Positions 41,089 through 54,645 are shown, numbered from the stretch's first letter. The stretch: DNA of 64,000 bases from Eledone cirrhosa (GCA_964016885.1 OZ024762.1:14570001-14634000), one strand, 5' to 3'. The notes: generated from the letters alone by a model not told the origin. Program-made: numbers and translations.

Positions 41089-41312
41089 TAAAGTTAAATA
41101 AAAGTCAAATGATTAAAATTTAGCTTCGTTTATTACTGCTATATATATTTCAGTGACAGCCATCTTTGGCTGTGACCTCTTCAGGTAGTTTGAATTAGTA
41201 TCTAATTCAAACTGCCTGAAGAGGTCACAGCCAAAGATGGCTGTCACTGAAATATATATAGCAGTAATAAACGAAGCTAAATTTTAATCATTTGACTTTT
41301 ATTTAACTTTAT
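41089..41312. mobile_element. 220-bp fold-back element with hammerheads in both arms
   Basis: Arms differ at one visible position; axis at ~41200. One-sided extension to ~40985. (TA)n on both sides. Confidence 0.85.
41211..41265 (+). ncRNA. Minimal type I hammerhead ribozyme (clearest example)
   Basis: ACTGC-CTGAAGA-GGTcACAGCCA aaga TGGCTGTcACT-GAAA-TATATA-TA-GCAGT. Predicted cleavage after 41260. Confidence 0.85.
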
Positions 41313-41332
41313 ATATATATATATATATAGGC

Positions 41333-41377
<45 letters not shown>

Positions 41378-41380
<3 letters not shown>

Positions 41381-41970
41381 TCATCATCATCATCATCACC
41401 GTTTTACGTCCGTTCTTCCACGCTAGCATGGGTTAGACGGGTTGTCCTGTTGTGGGCAGTGTCTGGTCGGCTGACCATGCCTTGCTCATACAGGAACTGA
41501 TCTGGCTTGATTTCTACAGCTGGATGCCCTTCCTAACACCAACCTCATTTACAGTGAGTGCTGGGTGCTTTTTCGTGGCGCCTACACGTCCACTTTACAG
41601 TGTGGGCTGGGTGCTTTTTTGCCGTGGCACCTCCACGACCACCTTGCGGTGGGGGGGGGGGGGGCATATTGTTTATATGCTTCAGCATGTACCCATGGGA
41701 GGTCGGGTACCCTGTATTACTGCGTGACGCCAGAAGTCACGGTCGTGTGTCATTGACTTTGAGAGGTGTAGTTGGGTAAGGTCGGCTTTTATCACCTCAT
41801 CCCAAGTCATCTTGGGTCTCCCCACTCCGCGGTTTCCATCAACTTCTAGTGCTCTGCACCTTTTTATGCAGCTGTCATCCTTCATACGCATCACATGTCC
41901 ATACCAGCGTAACCGCCTCTCCTGCACGCAGCATTTGATTCCTCTTATGCTCAGTCTCTCTCTCAATTCA
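41378..41970 (-). mobile_element. 3' fragment of an RTE-clade LINE with (ATG)n tail
   Basis: LRERLSIRGIKCCVQERRLRWYGHVMRM..RGVGRPKMTWDEVIKADL, followed by the tail shared with SINE-A and (GAT)n. Confidence 0.88.
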
Positions 41971-42410
41971 TTTATGCTTTTTATATATATATTTATATAT
42001 ATATATTCATTATCATTGTACTATGTAATAAATAGGATGCTCTAGTTGGCACAAGCCCTTACAGTCGTGGAATAATACATATATTTATCTACTGCCATAT
42101 ATAAAATATACTACTTCTCAACATCTCTGGTCCGTGAAACTCTCTCTGCTCTCTAAATTCAAATTCCACAGAGGTCAACTATGCCTTTCATCCTTTCGAG
42201 GTCGATAAAATAAAGAACCATTTCCTCTCTCTCTCTCTATCTCTTTCCATCTTTCTCTGGACGAGATCTGCTGTACTCAGGGCTAGAGAGGAGATGGGCT
42301 CCACCTGGCTTAAAATGCCCACGAAACGCTGTATGTCAATACGGCACCCCTACAACTCTATCAAGAATTACGGCACCATACACACACACACATACACACA
42401 CACACATATA

Positions 42411-42463
<53 letters not shown>

Positions 42464-42793
42464 TGACTTCCGAGGGTCAAACATGGAGAAAATACGCCAC
42501 GGCCACCCATGCCGTTCTTCAATCTAGAGGAGTGTCTATAGACCCAAGGCCTGCATGGAGCTGATAGACATTTAAAATATTTTTAGATACTTGTATAGAA
42601 AATTCCACAATATGGGGAGGGTGATTTCCGAGGGTCACTTGTAGATAAAGAAAAAAATGGGCCACGATTACAAAATGCCACGGCCACGCTGACCACTAGG
42701 GCATGTCGCCCTCCCAATCAACACGTGTATGTATAGACTGAGTGTAAAGACTGGGAACGAGTGTGGAGGGCGCAGAGAGTGATTTCAAGCAAC

Positions 42794-43140
42794 GTGTGTG
42801 GAGGGCTGAGAGAGTGATTTCAGGTAATGTGTGTGGAGGGCTGAGAGAGTGATTTCAGGTAATGTGTGTGGAGGGCTGAGAGAGTAATTTCAGGTAATGT
42901 TTGTGGAGGGCTGAGAGAGTAATTTCAGGTAATGTGTGTGGAGGGCTGAGAGAGTGATTTCAGGTAATGTGTGTGGAGGGCTGAGAGAGTAATTTCAGGT
43001 AATGTGTGTGGAGGGCTGAGAGAGTGATTTCAGGTAATGTGTGTGGAGGGCTGAGAGAGTAATTTCAGGTAATGTGTGTGGAGGGCTGAGAGAGTGATTT
43101 CAGGTAATGTGTGTGGAGGGCTGAGAGAGTAATTTCAGGT
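42794..43140. repeat. 35-bp minisatellite, about 10 copies
   Basis: gtgtgtggagggctgagagagt(g/a)atttcaggtaat. Confidence 0.95.
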
Positions 43141-43744
43141 ATGTTGTGATGGGTGCAGAGTAAGTATGTGATAAGGTGTGGTGAAGAAGAAAAAGAATAG
43201 AGGAAAATGAAAACAGGTTTCGCTTGTCATTGATATATATTAAAGAAGTTATTTCAGATATTTCGACATTCGCTGAAATGTTTTGTTATCACCCGTGTCT
43301 GCGTTACTTAATACACCCACACATACACATATATACACCTACACACACATATACATACACACATACATACCCACACATACACATATATACACCTACACAT
43401 ACACACCTACCCACATATACTTATACACATACACCCACAACACCATCCGACCATGCACATACATATATACACACATATAAATCCAGTGACAGACATTTAT
43501 ATATACATATGTGTGTGTGTGTGTGGGGGGAGGGGGGGGGGGTGTATATATATATACACACATACATACACACAGTATATAGGTCTCTACAAAACAAATA
43601 TATACCTGTATCTGTATGTCATATATATATACACACGTATATATATATATGTATACACACACGCACATATACATATATACCCGCAAACAAATAAAAAGCA
43701 ACGCATGACTTGCGATTTGGGTAAAATGTGGCTATATATATATA

Positions 43745-44075
43745 TCATCATCATCATTTCATTTTACGTCCACTTTCCCCTGCTTGCAAGGGTGGGACGG
43801 GAACTGATTCTAGCTTGATTTCTACAGCTGGATGCCCTTCCTAACACCAACCTCATTTACAGTGAGTGCTGGGTGCTTTTTTCCGTGGCACCCCCACGAC
43901 CACTTTGCAGTGGAATGATATGGACCCCAGTCCCTATCATCTCATTTCTACAGCTGAGTAAACTGGAGCAATGTGAAATAAAGTGCTTTGCTCAAGGAAA
44001 CAACACATCACCCGGTCTGAGAATTGAACTCACAACCTTTCGATTGCAAGGCCAATGCTCTAACCACTAAGCCAT
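43745..44075 (-). mobile_element. Full SINE-A with RTE-like tail
   Basis: Near-identical to plus-strand copies at 46833, 49971 and 52676. Confidence 0.88.
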
Positions 44076-44076
44076 A

Positions 44077-45345
44077 TAATTCCTGTTACAAGGTTTTAAA
44101 TCAATTTTAAAAATACATTATGTTGCTAATATAACCAATATATTTGTATCAAATCCATGCACTATAACCACATTAACTATTTTTCAAAACATTACGCCAT
44201 TAACAATTAGCAATGGCCATAGAATTGAAAAGAAAGTCCATAATAGAGAAGCATGAAAAAGGCCCGACTCCACCCGAGATATTTAAACTGGGGAGGAAAA
44301 CTCTTAAGATCAATAGAATGTTGATCTAAAGGACAATCGATCAATTTAAGGAAACTTCCTCGACCAAAGACAGACCTCGATCCGGACACCCTCGCACCTC
44401 AAGAACACCAAAGCTCATTAAAAGTGTAGGGAAAAAATAAGGCGTAATCCAAGAAGGTACATGACAAAAATGACAGAAGAAGCAGAAACATCGCCGAGAA
44501 CTATGCGGAGGATATGTCGAGATGATCTGGGGATGTCACCCTATAAGTTCCAAAGGAGGCAGCTTCTTTCTGCAGCCACAATTGAAAAGAGGCTCTCCAG
44601 AAGTAAACTATTATTTAACTGTATCAAGGATGGCATGCTGCAAAACATCATCTTTACAGATGAGAAGTTATTCACTGTGCAGCAGTCTCACAATCATCAA
44701 AATGATCGAGTACTTGCAAAAAGTCTCAAATCAATTCCTTCAAGTGTAGGAAAAGTGTTCAGAACACAGAAACCAGCATCAGTGATGGTTTGGGTAGCCA
44801 TTTTTGAAAGAGGGAAGTCTCCTCTGATTTTTGTGCCTCAAGGAGTTAAAATTAACAAAGAACTTTACATAAAGGATATTTTGGAAGGAGCACTGATGCT
44901 ATGGTGCACATCTGTTTATGGCGATGACATTTGGACTCTCCAACAAGATGGAGTGATGAGCCACACTGCTCGCGTAACACAACAGTGGATCAGTAAGGAA
45001 GAGTGGCCTCCCACATCAGATCTCAACCCTCTCGCTTTTTCTTTATGGTCAATTCTTGAGAGTGAAGCCTGCTCTACTCCTAGCCAAAATATTGAAACTC
45101 TAAAATCAAAACTGAATAAAGTATGGGAGAAAATACCCATGGAAACTGTTCGTGCAGCCATCGAAGACTTTCTTAGAAGACTTTGAGTGGTAGTGAGAGC
45201 TAGGGGAAAGCATTTCGAATAAATTTTTGTGCAGTTGTTTAATAGTATATTACTTACTATTTGTTGAAGTCAGATCTTGAAACAAATATTTTTTTTCAAG
45301 AACTATTTGCATTTTATTTTGTAACAGTTTTTATGCCCCACCCTG
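44077..45345 (+). mobile_element. Decayed Tc1/mariner transposon, maT/DD37D-like
   Basis: 3' TIR ttgtaacagtttttatgccccaccctg|TA. The 5' TIR remnant ctgttacaa is clipped by the adjacent SINE. Confidence 0.85.
44212..45220 (+). pseudogene. DDD transposase pseudogene (intact stretch 44461-45186)
   Basis: IIFTDEKLF, VMVWVAI..GKSPLIFVPQGVKIN, QQDG..SHTA, WPPTSDLNPLAF. The third catalytic D is replaced by A, there is an internal deletion, and the N-terminus (MAIELKRKSIIE) is frameshifted. Confidence 0.9.
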
Positions 45346-46832
45346 TATATATGTTATGGGAAACAGGTAGGGTGTAGGGTATAGGGTATAGGTAATATAC
45401 AATAATATATATATATAGGAAGGTCTGTATTTCACTACCAAAACCCCCTACCTGCCTACAATGGCGTCATGGTAGTAATATTAACCCCTTTGATACCAGG
45501 CCGTCTGACAGCGCCCTGCAGTTATGAGACAGAACTACCAGTTTCAAAATGTTTATCATCATCACTATCATCATTACCATCACCATAGCCATCACCACCA
45601 CAAACAATCATTATTAACCTCATTATTATCATCACCATCATCATTATCATTATCATTATTATTGTAGATTGGCAGTATCGGTAGAGGGTTGGACGCCATG
45701 CTTTGCAGCAAAGAGTTACGGCCCTTTATGGTCTCAGTTAAAATCCCGCCGAGGTTAACTTTGCCTTTCATCCTTACGGGGGCGATGAAATAAAGTACCA
45801 GTAATGCACTGTGATAATTGCTGGCCTTGTGCCAAAAGTAGAAATTAATAATTATTATTATCATCATGATCATCACAATCACCATTAATTACCATCATCA
45901 TCACCATCACAATCATTATTAACATCATCATCATCACAATCACCTTTACCATCACCACAGTCATCATCACCACAATCACTATTAACATCATCATCATCAT
46001 CATGATAGTCACCACTCATCATAATCACCATCACTATATGCATATATATGGTGTTAGGAAGGGCATCCAGCTGTAAAAACTGGACAAAATCAGTCCTGTA
46101 TGAGAAAGGCATGGTCACATGACCTAACATGGCCCACAACAGGACCACTCGCCTAACCCATGGTAGCATGGAAGATGGTCGTAAAACGGCGATATATATG
46201 TATGTATGTATGTATGTATGTCATGTCCTGTCCTGTCTCATGGTCGGGTCGTTGGCGACTAAACTGGCAACCCCACCAACGTTTCTTGGTGAGGAGGGTG
46301 ACTTTGGACATCTTGCGGGACTAAAAACAAAACCTGTCAAAGGGCAAATGAGCTCTTAAGAGTCAATGGCCATCCAAAATCACCGGGAGAGATGACCCCT
46401 TAGCTTTTGTCAAGGCAGAATTCTAGGAGAAAGAAAACTCTGATATAACACCTGCAACCCCGATGGTATCCAATGATGTTGACTTGTTCTTCTTTTTGGT
46501 AAATATCATCTTGGTTAAGAGAGTGGGACTGGCTTTGTGCAGTGCCTTTGCTCACTATAAAAGCTTCACGACATAGGCATTGCTTTATATCTGGAGATCT
46601 CTCTGCACTTGTCGTCACATGGTACCATGGGCCCAGCACTATGTGTCAATAATTGTCACAAGTGTAGTGTCTGTACCAGAGTTTTCAAGTCGCTGGCTGG
46701 ACTAAAAAGTCACACTTGTTCAGCGCATCGGTATGAGTTCTCCTACATGGATATAAAGTAGTGGCCGTACTCGAAAACGAGTTGGCAGTCACCAGGTATG
46801 TATGTATGTATGTATGTATGTATGTATGTATA

Positions 46833-47163
46833 GAGGCACATGGCTTAGTGTTTAGAGCATTGGCCTTGCAATCGAAAGGTTGTGAGTTCAATTCTTAGAC
46901 CGGGTGATGTGCTGTTTCTTTGAGCAAGACACTTTATTTCACATTGCTCCAGTTTACTCAGCTGTAGAAATGAGATGATAGGGACTGGGGTCCATATCAT
47001 TCCACTGCAAAGTGGACGTGCAGCTGGCACGGCAAAAAAGCACCCCGCACTCACTGTAAATGGGGTTGGTGTTAGGAAGGGCATCCAGCTGTAGAAATCA
47101 AGCCAGAATCAGTTCCCGTCCCACCCTTGTGAGCAAGGAGTAAGCGGACGTAAAATGATGATG
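46833..47163 (+). mobile_element. Full SINE-A
   Basis: A/B boxes, body, tail ending gcggacgtaaa(atg)n. Confidence 0.88.
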
Positions 47164-47184
47164 ATACATGCATATATATGTATG

Positions 47185-47236
<52 letters not shown>

Positions 47237-47266
47237 CATGCATATATATGTATGTATGTATATATG

Positions 47267-47325
<59 letters not shown>

Positions 47326-48023
47326 TCAGTAACAGAGAAGACCCGCCTTACCTAAATATATAGTAAAACCTACTCCAGCCAGTAGGCATCTCTAACAAAA
47401 TACACCCCGTCCCACCACCACCACCCCCACCGCATCCACACTACCCCGTTCTATGTAAAGTTATGTTGGTGCCGCGCCATCCAGGCCGAAACAAATGAGA
47501 TCGTGTAGGTGTCACGACAAAAAAACACACAGTCCACGCTGTAATGTGGCCGTGTAGGCAACACGGTAAAAACCTGCCAGCCCCACACTGTAAATGTGGT
47601 TGGTGTTAGGAAGGGCATCCAAATGTAGAAAACCTGCCAGACAGTCCTATGCGAGCAAGACAATCACTCTTGCTTCAAGTGGGACTACCCCCGTCCAAAC
47701 CCATGCAAGCGTGGAACACGGACGTTAAACGTTGATGATGATATATATATATGTTTATATATATATGTATGTTTATATATATGTATATATATATATGCAT
47801 ATATATGTATATATATATATATAGTCCGATTTGACGAAAGTTGATCGACTGTCTATATATATATATATCTATATATTAATAAAATCACAGAGGATTGTCT
47901 CAAGGTCATTCGTGGAAGTTTTGGACCTGAGTCGGGTATCACTCTGCTCATCAGATTGGTGATTTAACAAAAAGATAAATGCTATCGGTGTTGGGTATAT
48001 AAACACACACACACACACACATA

Positions 48024-48072
<49 letters not shown>

Positions 48073-48079
<7 letters not shown>

Positions 48080-48534
48080 GAAATGACAGGAGGCTGGATT
48101 TGTGTAAATCCTTGAAAGGTTTATTATACTATGATCATTTCAATGACCGGGTTCCGTATGAATCCGGTGATATCATCAGGTATTCGAAATATAATACGTG
48201 AATGTAATAGGTAAAATCCATGGGGCTGAAAATCGAGACCCGAGGGCGACCGCTATTCTGTTCCTTCAACCTCAGCCGGTCGCCCTGGAGTGATGATATC
48301 ACCGGATTCATACGGAACCCGGTCATTGAAATGATCATAGTATAATAAACCTTTCAAGGATTTACACAAATCCAGCCTCCTGTCATTTCATTATAATATT
48401 TAACTCCGTAATAGCACCACCAACTACAAAAACAAAGACGGTTGAACTGCTTTACGTTGAGTACTCTCTATATTATTGCATTACGATTGACCATACGGAA
48501 TAGACCAGCTCTATACAGTGGTGAACCTCAAACC

Positions 48535-48540
<6 letters not shown>
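48073..48540. mobile_element. Asymmetric fold-back with ~105-bp arms and a hammerhead
   Basis: Arms 48073-48178 and 48291-48395. Intact minus-strand hammerhead 48126-48183 (ATAC-CTGATGA..GAAA-TGATCA-TA-GTAT). The plus copy is cut inside the core. Confidence 0.85.
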
Positions 48541-48570
<30 letters not shown>

Positions 48571-48869
48571 GTACCACAATATCCAGTCCAAAATAAATGA
48601 GGTCGTGTAAGTGTCACAAGAAAATAAAAACACGCAGTCCACGCTGTAATATGGCCGTGTAGGTAACACTGTAAAAACCTCCCAGCCCACACTGTAAACG
48701 TGGTTGGTGTTAGGAAGTGCATCCAGCTGTAGAAAACCTGGCAGACAGTCAGTCCTATACGAGCGAGATGACCAATCTTGCCTCAAGTGGGACAATTCTC
48801 GTCTAAACCCATGCTAGCGTGGAAGATAGACGTTAAATGATGATGATGATGATGATGATGATGATGGTG

Positions 48870-48953
<84 letters not shown>

Positions 48954-48990
48954 ATATATAAGATCAAAAGATGGTTAAATGAGTTCCATG

Positions 48991-49061
48991 TATTTTATTA
49001 TGCGCATTTCAAAAACAAATATCATCATGCAATAACATTTGTGTTTTCATCAGATAAAATA
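48991..49061 (-). ncRNA. Minimal type I hammerhead ribozyme
   Basis: Minus strand: TATTTTAT-CTGATGA-AAAcACAAATGTTATT gcat GATGATATTTGTtTTT-GAAA-TGCGCA-TA-ATAAAATA. Confidence 0.82.
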
Positions 49062-49221
49062 GGAGGACATGATATGAAGGTTAATAACACTTGTGGATAG
49101 TGCAGTTTTAAATCAACATATATGAAGGTTAAAGGTTATACTCCAGTCCTACAAACTGTAGAGTGCTTCTTATCCGATATCTGCATTGCTTTATTGTACT
49201 ACAATAAAACTCACCTCCTAC

Positions 49222-49258
<37 letters not shown>

Positions 49259-49460
49259 GAAAATGTTTGACCCCGACGGCAAGCTGAAGCCGTTTCGACA
49301 GCTATTTCTGACTGTCCAGAATTAGCCGTCAAAACGGCTTGAGCTCTCCGCCGTGGTCAAACTTGTTCCTATTACCCACTCTACTACCCTAAGTATTGAG
49401 TACTCTGGTGCGTTATAGTCCATCTGGTTCCTTACCACACTTCCTTCATTATATACACAC

Positions 49461-49643
<183 letters not shown>

Positions 49644-49715
49644 TGATGGTAGCTAAGATGCTTCCATAGGCGGTATGCTGGTTGAGTACTCTATGTTCTT
49701 ACAGAGTAGAGTATG

Positions 49716-49962
49716 GTATAATATAAAACGAAAAATCAGTGATGCATCTGAAATCAATTTATTATGTGTTACAATTGTTTCGCCAACACCCCAGTGAAAG
49801 AATTTGCTCCGAAAGCATTAGACGTGTCTGATGAGCCCGCAGGTCCAAAGTCAGACAAGATCCACACAATGATCGCGTCTCGAGCTGTCCACCGGCGAAA
49901 CAATTGTAACACACAATAAATTGATTTCAGATGCATCACTGATTTTTCGTTTTATATTATAT
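49716..49962. mobile_element. Fold-back element with ~68-bp arms
   Basis: tataatataaaacgaaaaatcagtgatgcatctgaaatcaattt ... and its reverse complement. Decayed relative at 53335-53480. Confidence 0.8.
49824..49912 (+). ncRNA. Hammerhead ribozyme with a large helix-II insertion
   Basis: GTGT-CTGATGA-GCC[56 nt]GGC-GAAA-CAATTG-TA-ACAC. Confidence 0.7.
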
Positions 49963-49970
49963 ATTTATAT

Positions 49971-50304
49971 GGAGGCACATGGCTTAGTGGTTAGAGCATT
50001 GGCCTTGCGATCGAAAGGTTGTGAGTTCAATTCTCAGATCGGGTGATGTGTTGTTTCCTTGAGCAAGACACTTTATTACACATTGCTCCAGTTTACTCAG
50101 CTGTAGAAATGAGATGATAGGGACTGGGGTCCCTATCATTCCACTGCAAAGTGGTCGTGGAGGTGCCACGGCAAAAAAGCACCCAGCACTCACTGTAAAT
50201 GAGGTTGGTGTTAGGAAGGGCATCCAGCTGTAGAAATCAAGCCAGAATCAGTTCCCGTCCCACCCTTGCAAGCAGGGAAAAGTGGACGTATGATGAAATG
50301 ATGA
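49971..50304 (+). mobile_element. Full SINE-A
   Basis: ggaggcacatggcttagtggttagagc ... gagttcaattc ... gtggacgta(tga)n. Confidence 0.88.
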
Positions 50305-50397
50305 TATATATGTGTGTGTGTGTGTGTGTACATATATGTATACACACAAGGTGTCCCATAAAATGTATACACACTTCAACAGCATTCTAATAAATAT

Positions 50398-50437
<40 letters not shown>

Positions 50438-50534
50438 ATATTTATTAGAATGCTGTTGAAGTGTGTATACATTTTATGGGACACCTTGTGTGTATACATA
50501 TATGTACACACACACACATGTGTGTGTAAGGTAT

Positions 50535-50674
<140 letters not shown>

Positions 50675-50700
50675 ATACCTTACACACACATATATACACA

Positions 50701-50743
<43 letters not shown>

Positions 50744-50869
50744 CTCTCCACGCTCTACTGAACAGAGGACCATGTCTCTAGTTTTCAGAGTCTCAACTTT
50801 CAACTAGAAATAAGGTCACCAAACGTGTAACCCACCTGACTACCTGTACAACTGTGGTGGATCACCTTA

Positions 50870-52010
50870 CAATAGACACTACCACTACCACTACCACTAC
50901 TACCACCACCACTACTACCACTACCACTACCACCACTACCACTACTACTACTACTACTACCACTACCACTACTACTACTACTACCACTACTACTACTACT
51001 ACCACCACCACTACCGCCACTAACAGCCACTACCTCTATCCCTACTATCACCACCACATCTAACAATAGACACTACCACTACCACTACTACTACTACTAC
51101 CACCTCCACCACCACCACTACCACTACTACCACCACCACTACCACTACTACTACCACTAACGGCCACTACCTCTATCCCTACTATCACCACCACATCTAA
51201 CAATAGACACTACCACTACTACTAATACTACCACTATCACTATCACTACTACTACTACCACCACCACTACCACTACTACCACTAACCGCCACTACCTCTA
51301 GCGCTACTACCACCACCACATTTAACAATAGACACTACCACCACCTCTACCACTACCACCACCACTACCATTACCATTACTACTACCACCACCACCACCA
51401 CCACTACTACTACTGCTGCTGCTGCTGCTACCATCACCACCAATACGCCACCTCTACTACTACTACTACTACTACTACTACCACTAACTACTATTACTGC
51501 CACTACTACTACTACTACCACCACCACCACTATTGCCACCCCATCCACCCCTGCGACTACTACTACTGCCATTACCACCAATATCGCCACCTCTAACACT
51601 ACCACTACTACTACCATTGCTACCACTACTATTACTGCCACTAATACTACTGCAACCACCACCACGACTACTACCACTACTGCAACTACTACTACTGCCA
51701 TCACCACTAATATCGCAACCTCATCCACCACCTCATCCACCACCACCACCACCACCACCACCGTTGCCACCTCTATTACAACCACAACCACTCTCACTAC
51801 TATTACTATCGGCGCCACCTCTATTACAACCACAACCACCACACCTCTAACAATAATACACTAACACCCACACCACCACCACCAGCACTAACTTTAACAC
51901 TATCATTAACACCACAACCACCACCTCCATTACCACTATTACATTACACTAACCCTAACACTATTACCACCACCACCTCTAGCACTACTACCAATACCAC
52001 CACCACATAA
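50870..52010. repeat. (ACC/ACT)n low-complexity tract with internal duplications
   Basis: Triplet runs; acatctaacaatagacact block repeated. Confidence 0.9.
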
Positions 52011-52106
52011 TACAACTGATTGGTATGTTTAAATGAACATACCATCAAAAATTTGACTATTTTCCTTTTATTTCACACACTCACACATACATATATATAC
52101 ACACAC

Positions 52107-52155
<49 letters not shown>

Positions 52156-52213
52156 CACACTCATATATATAATAAATAACAAAGAACGCCTATAGCATAT
52201 GCATATCTTTACT

Positions 52214-52259
52214 TGCTAACATTGTTTCATCCGCACTATAAGTGGGGCTCATCAGAGCA
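52214..52259 (-). ncRNA. Probable minimal hammerhead ribozyme
   Basis: Minus strand: TGCT-CTGATGA-GcCC CACT tat AGTG cGGaT-GAAA-CAATG-TT-AGCA. Confidence 0.6.
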
Positions 52260-52577
52260 TAAAGGTTAATTACATACCACACAAGCAATAACAGTCATAT
52301 ATATATATATACACACTCATATATATATATATATATATACATATATGTTTATCCCGGATTCAATCGGGGGTAACCACAGTTAGCTACTCAATACAAAGGT
52401 ACTCAATACAAAGCAGAGTATAAATATTTAATATAGAAATGGCTTCTACAGGACTAGAACTGTTTCATTTGAAGGAAATATTTCCTTTGAATGAAACAGT
52501 CTAGTCCTGTAAAAGCAATTTCTATATTAAATATATACACACACACAACAATTGTGTTGTTATTTCTGTTTATCTTT

Positions 52578-52675
<98 letters not shown>

Positions 52676-52676
<1 letters not shown>

Positions 52677-53011
52677 GGCTTAGTGGTTAGAGCATTGGCC
52701 TTGCAATCAAAAGGTTGTGAGTTCAATTCTCAGACCGGGTGATGTGTTGTTTCCTTGAGCAAGACACTTTATTTCACATTGCTCCAGTTTACTCAGCTGT
52801 AGAAATGAGATGATAGGGACTGGGGTCCATATCACTCCACTGCAAAGTGGTCGTGGAGGTGCCACGGCAAAAAAGCATGCAGCACTCACTGTAAATGAGG
52901 TTGGTGTTAGGAAGGGCATCCAGCTGTAGAAATCAAGCCAGAAACAGTTCCTGTCCCACCCTTGCAAGCAGGGAAAAAGCGGACGTAAAATGAAATGACG
53001 ATGATGATGAT
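52676..53011 (+). mobile_element. Full SINE-A
   Basis: Near-identical to the copy at 49971. Confidence 0.88.
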
Positions 53012-53293
53012 AAATATAAATTCAGCTAGAATCGCATTTCGGCGGGTAGAAAAAGCAAAATCAGAATTGCTGGCAAGCGCTCCATAGTTAAAAAACCAGA
53101 GCTAAATATATATGTTTAAACGCCATACAAAACTGAAAAAGTTGTCAAGAAGGCATTAACCACCTAAGCCAAGCTAAACAGGTCAAACAAAATAAATGAT
53201 AAAATCATATATATATACACATATATAACAGACCTGGACCCATTGGAATTGATGGTAAAATCCAAATGCAGGGTTTCTATGACACCTAAATCA

Positions 53294-53326
<33 letters not shown>

Positions 53327-53477
53327 CGTGTGTATTAGACATGTCCGTCGAACCTGCGATCCAGAATCAGACAGATCCACACAATGATCGCGTCTCGAGC
53401 TATCTGCCAGTGAAACAATTGTAACACACAATAAATTATAAATTGAGTTCAGATGCATCACTGATTTTTCGTTTTCT

Positions 53478-53521
<44 letters not shown>

Positions 53522-53799
53522 AATGTAAGTATAATATACTGTATGTTTATTGTAAAACATTTTGAAGGCTATTCGCTATGAATTTTGAAGTAGTGACTAA
53601 CATCACATATCCAGTCTCAGCAGAAGCAAAGGGGAATAATCGACGGTACCATTTCTCATTTATAAGACTGCATACCTTTTCGCTTCTGTCGAGAGTTATA
53701 GAAGGTGGATTCTTATAGAATTCCAGTTATGTTTATGATCTGTTTAAACTTATTAACATACAGAGCGGTTGCTGGCCCAGCAAAATTTAGAAATTAGTG

Positions 53800-54506
53800 C
53801 TATGAAATAGCGATGTATAGTATGATGCGTGCATATAAACAGCAATGTTGCATGGTAGAGAGGGCTGCGTGCTGTGACGCAGAGGCAGAGTGTTGATTGG
53901 AAAGAAATGAAGCTTCTATGCTCCGATGCATGTGTAATAGTAATATACGCGAACGGCAAAGCATAAACGGACTGAGAGAGAAACTGGGTGTAAGATGAAT
54001 CAAATGCTGTGTGCAGGAGAGGAGATTACTTTGGTATGGACATGTGACGCGTATGAAAGATGACAGCTGTATAAAAAGGTGCAGAGCGCTCACAGTCGAT
54101 GGAACCCTTGGAATGGGGAGACACAGGAAGAATTGGGATGAGGTGATAAAAGCTGACCTTGCTCAATTGCACCTTGCAAAAGGTGATGACACAGGACCGA
54201 AATCTCTGGTGTTACACAGTAACATAGAAGACCCCACTTTCCACAGTCACAAGCTAAACTTGACGCATATATCCAGTATGTCCCACCTCACCCACACACT
54301 GTAAATTGGTTGTGTAGGTGTCATGACAAAAAGCACCCACCACTTACTATGGGGTCAGCGTTAGGAAGGGTATCCAGCTGTAGAAACCAAGCTAAAATCA
54401 GTTTTGTACGAGCAAGACATGGGCATCTGACCTAGCATTGCCCACACAGGACAATTCGTCTAACCCATGCTGATGTGGAGGAATGGACATAAAATGGTGA
54501 TGATGA
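53800..54506 (+). mobile_element. 3' fragment of an RTE-clade LINE
   Basis: ERNEASMLRCMC..LREKLGVR*IKCCVQERRLLWYGHVTRMKDDSCIKRC with in-frame stops, then the shared tail. Confidence 0.85.
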
Positions 54507-54645
54507 CACACATATATTTATATACATACACACACACACATATATACATACATATACAAACATATATATATACATATATACACATATATATATACATATA
54601 TACACATATATATATACATATATACACACATATATATATACACAC

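Noticed and set aside
46380-46401. TCACCGGG, the miR-36 seed
   Set aside because: No adequate precursor hairpin; lies inside a probable retroelement 5' region.
50800-51850. Poly-Thr/Val/Gly-Ser ORFs resembling mucins (also 63197-63856)
   Set aside because: Triplet low-complexity DNA without signal peptide, domains or splice support.
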